From contig PLLJ01000045.1 of the NCBI GenBank assembly GCA_003140935.1, positions 2,767 to 66,766 on the forward strand: 64,000 nucleotides of DNA. Reading direction: 5' to 3'. Positions 62,156 through 64,000 of this stretch are shown here, piece by piece. The notes under the pieces are model-generated. The model ran no database searches and was not told the DNA's origin. It was given only the letters and a program-made list of their open reading frames with translations. This stretch comes from Candidatus Omnitrophota bacterium. Lineage in GTDB: Bacteria; Omnitrophota; Omnitrophia; Omnitrophales; Aquincolibacteriaceae. The first letter of the stretch is position 1. Every line of letters begins with the position of its first letter. The translations under genes were made by a program, and so were the position numbers.

Positions 62156-63837
62156 AGAGACGCCGGAAGTTTCTCCCTGAATTCTTTCACCGACAAGATG
62201 AGTGTTTTCATGCCGTTCCACTGCTTTGTCTTGATGGAGTAGGCCGCCTCAAAACGTGTCTCCGGCCCGGAAGCCGCACAAAGTGACATCTGCTTCTCAT
62301 GAAGATGGGCCTGAAAGGTCTGGGAACCCTCCGTCAGCACCACTTCATACGTCTCGCCATAAAGACGCCTGGGCTTGGACTTTAACCGGAGATCGTCGCT
62401 TTGAAAAACAGGCCGCGGGTTTCCGACTCCGTGCGGTTCTAAAAATTCAAGCTCTTCAAGAAAACCGTCCGTGACTTCATGGAGCTTCAAGGCCATATCC
62501 ACCGGCACTTGCCTCTTTAATGCTTCCGGGGAAAGATGCTCGAACGCGAAGGCATTGATCTTTTCTCGTAAAAGCGGAATGTTCTTTTCCGTGACCGTCA
62601 GTCCGGCCGCTTGCGCATGTCCCCCGAATTCTTCGAGGACCGTCTCACAAGAACGAAGCGCGTTAAAGAGATGAAAGTTTTTAATGGAACGGCCCGATCC
62701 CCGCCCCACGCCTTCTTCGACCGAGATCACGATCGCCGGACGCTCGTATTTTTCCACAAGCCTCGACGCCACGATCCCGATCACCCCGCGGTGCCAGCCA
62801 AGACCCTCCACCACGATCACGCGTTCGCGGTTGAAATTGACGATCTGTTCGACTTTGCGCATCGCTTCCTGCGTCGTCTCGCGCTCCGAACGCTGCCGGG
62901 CCTTGTTCTCCGCCTCCAGGATCTTCGCCAAACTTTCCGCTTCGCGAGGAATTTTGGTCAGTAAAAGCTGGAGTGCGGTATCCGCAGAACTCATGCGCCC
63001 CGCGGCGTTCAACCTCGGCCCCAGAATAAATCCCACATGCCCGGTATTGACCCGGGAGGCTTTCATCTTGGCGACTTCCGCCAGTGCGCGGATCCCTGGA
63101 TTTTTCCGCTCGGAAAGCATGGCCAGCCCTTCCTTGACGAGAATGCGGTTTTCACCCACAAGCGGCGCAATGTCACTGATCGTGGAAAGCGCCACCAGGT
63201 CCAGATACTCGAACGCCTGGTCCCCCGTAAGCGCCTGGCTTAGTTTGAACGCCAGCCCGGCGGCCGAAAGCTCCTTAAAAGGATAAGAGCAATCCTCCTG
63301 GAGCGGGTTGAGGATGAGATGCGTGTCAGGCAATCCGTCGGCGGGCAAACGATGATGGTCGATCACGATCACGTCCATGCCGTGAGAGCGGGCGATCTCG
63401 ATCTCACGCTTGGCCGTGATCCCGCAATCGACCGTGATGATCAGACCCATGCCCTGCTCCCGCGCTTTGTGGATCGCGTCTTCACTTACACCGTAACCGT
63501 CGCGTTCCCGTTCCGGAAGAAAGGTCGTGTACTCCCCCCCGATCTTTTCGAGCGTCCGGGCCAGGACCGCGACGCCGGTGATCCCATCGACATCGTAGTC
63601 GCCATGGATCAGGATCTTTTCGTGGGTTTGAACGGCTTTCTCGATGCGGGCTTTGACTTCTCTCATGTTCTTCATAAGGAAAGGATCGTGAAGCGAGGAA
63701 AGACCGGAAAAAAGAAAGGCCTCCACCTCGGAATCCGTTTTAAGGCCCCGCTTTTCAAGCAGCTTCCGGAAAACGGAAGAAAAGTTCGAGAGGTTTGTCC
63801 TGCCGGAAATTTCACTATTAAGTTTTGAAGTAACCAT
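62152..63837 (-). CDS. recJ: single-stranded-DNA-specific exonuclease RecJ
   Basis: DHH-family motifs HGDYDVDGITG, TVDCGI and VIVIDHH, plus the DHHA1 GGHAQAAG. Confidence 0.88.
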   Translation of the reverse strand: MVTSKLNSEISGRTNLSNFSSVFRKLLEKRGLKTDSEVEAFLFSGLSSLHDPFLMKNMREVKARIEKAVQTHEKILIHGDYDVDGITGVAVLARTLEKIGGEYTTFLPERERDGYGVSEDAIHKAREQGMGLIITVDCGITAKREIEIARSHGMDVIVIDHHRLPADGLPDTHLILNPLQEDCSYPFKELSAAGLAFKLSQALTGDQAFEYLDLVALSTISDIAPLVGENRILVKEGLAMLSERKNPGIRALAEVAKMKASRVNTGHVGFILGPRLNAAGRMSSADTALQLLLTKIPREAESLAKILEAENKARQRSERETTQEAMRKVEQIVNFNRERVIVVEGLGWHRGVIGIVASRLVEKYERPAIVISVEEGVGRGSGRSIKNFHLFNALRSCETVLEEFGGHAQAAGLTVTEKNIPLLREKINAFAFEHLSPEALKRQVPVDMALKLHEVTDGFLEELEFLEPHGVGNPRPVFQSDDLRLKSKPRRLYGETYEVVLTEGSQTFQAHLHEKQMSLCAASGPETRFEAAYSIKTKQWNGMKTLILSVKEFREKLPASL

Positions 63838-64000
63838 AGAGGCGCATTCTACCTTAAAAAAGATTCCTCATGAGATTGTTTTGATTTCTTCTGAAATTGG
63901 AAGGATTTCGACTCTATAGCGAAGGCGTTATGCTTAATGCTTCGAGATGAGTTTCAGGAGAGATGGAAATCACTAAGGTTCTGACAAAAAAACTGTCTGT

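Noticed and set aside
63964-64000. A possible plus-strand gene start (ATGGAAATCACTAAGGTT...) at the right edge.
   Set aside because: Only 12 codons are visible, and GGAGAG upstream is weak evidence. That is too little sequence to call.
1-64000. tRNA, rRNA, tmRNA, RNase P and riboswitch genes in the larger spacers.
   Set aside because: I recognised no cloverleaf-compatible or conserved-core sequences by eye. The spacers are largely accounted for by repeat modules. A covariance-model scan would be needed to exclude these fully.

Overview
This is a 64 kb chromosomal window from a GC-rich diderm bacterium. I cannot assign taxonomy from sequence alone. About 60 genes are packed almost entirely on the minus strand; only rnc and rpmB are on the plus strand.

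The backbone is housekeeping:
- uvrA, partial; it is missed by the ORF track because it runs off the left edge.
- dapB-dapA-dapF.
- An ornithine-type decarboxylase plus homospermidine synthase.
- rtcB and pcm.
- A colinear argC-J-B-D-F-G-H-lysA block behind a consensus sigma70-like promoter.
- rnc, asmA-like, rplM-rpsI, truA, asd, an IPMDH-family gene, glgA, rpmB and recJ.
- Many envelope and secreted proteins, including a 1538-aa outer-membrane protein.

Three things stand out.
1. A sharply AT-rich island of about 4.4 kb (about 32.3-36.7 kb) carries a tight four-gene minus-strand operon. It encodes a ParB-N (GERR motif) protein, a large HD-domain protein, a short radical SAM enzyme with a B12-binding-like domain, and a 4-TM protein. 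It matches no system I recognise and is my best candidate for a horizontally acquired, undescribed nucleic-acid or nucleotide-targeting (defence-like) system.
2. The intergenic space is colonised by a modular family of hairpin repeats, BIME/REP-like. Stems show compensatory changes, modules are shuffled between loci, and a GAGTC/GGGAC heptad motif also appears inside coding sequence.
3. A 32-bp promoter-like motif is shared by three small genes.

All functional calls rest on motifs I recognise by eye. No searches were run. No rRNA, tRNA or CRISPR array was found.
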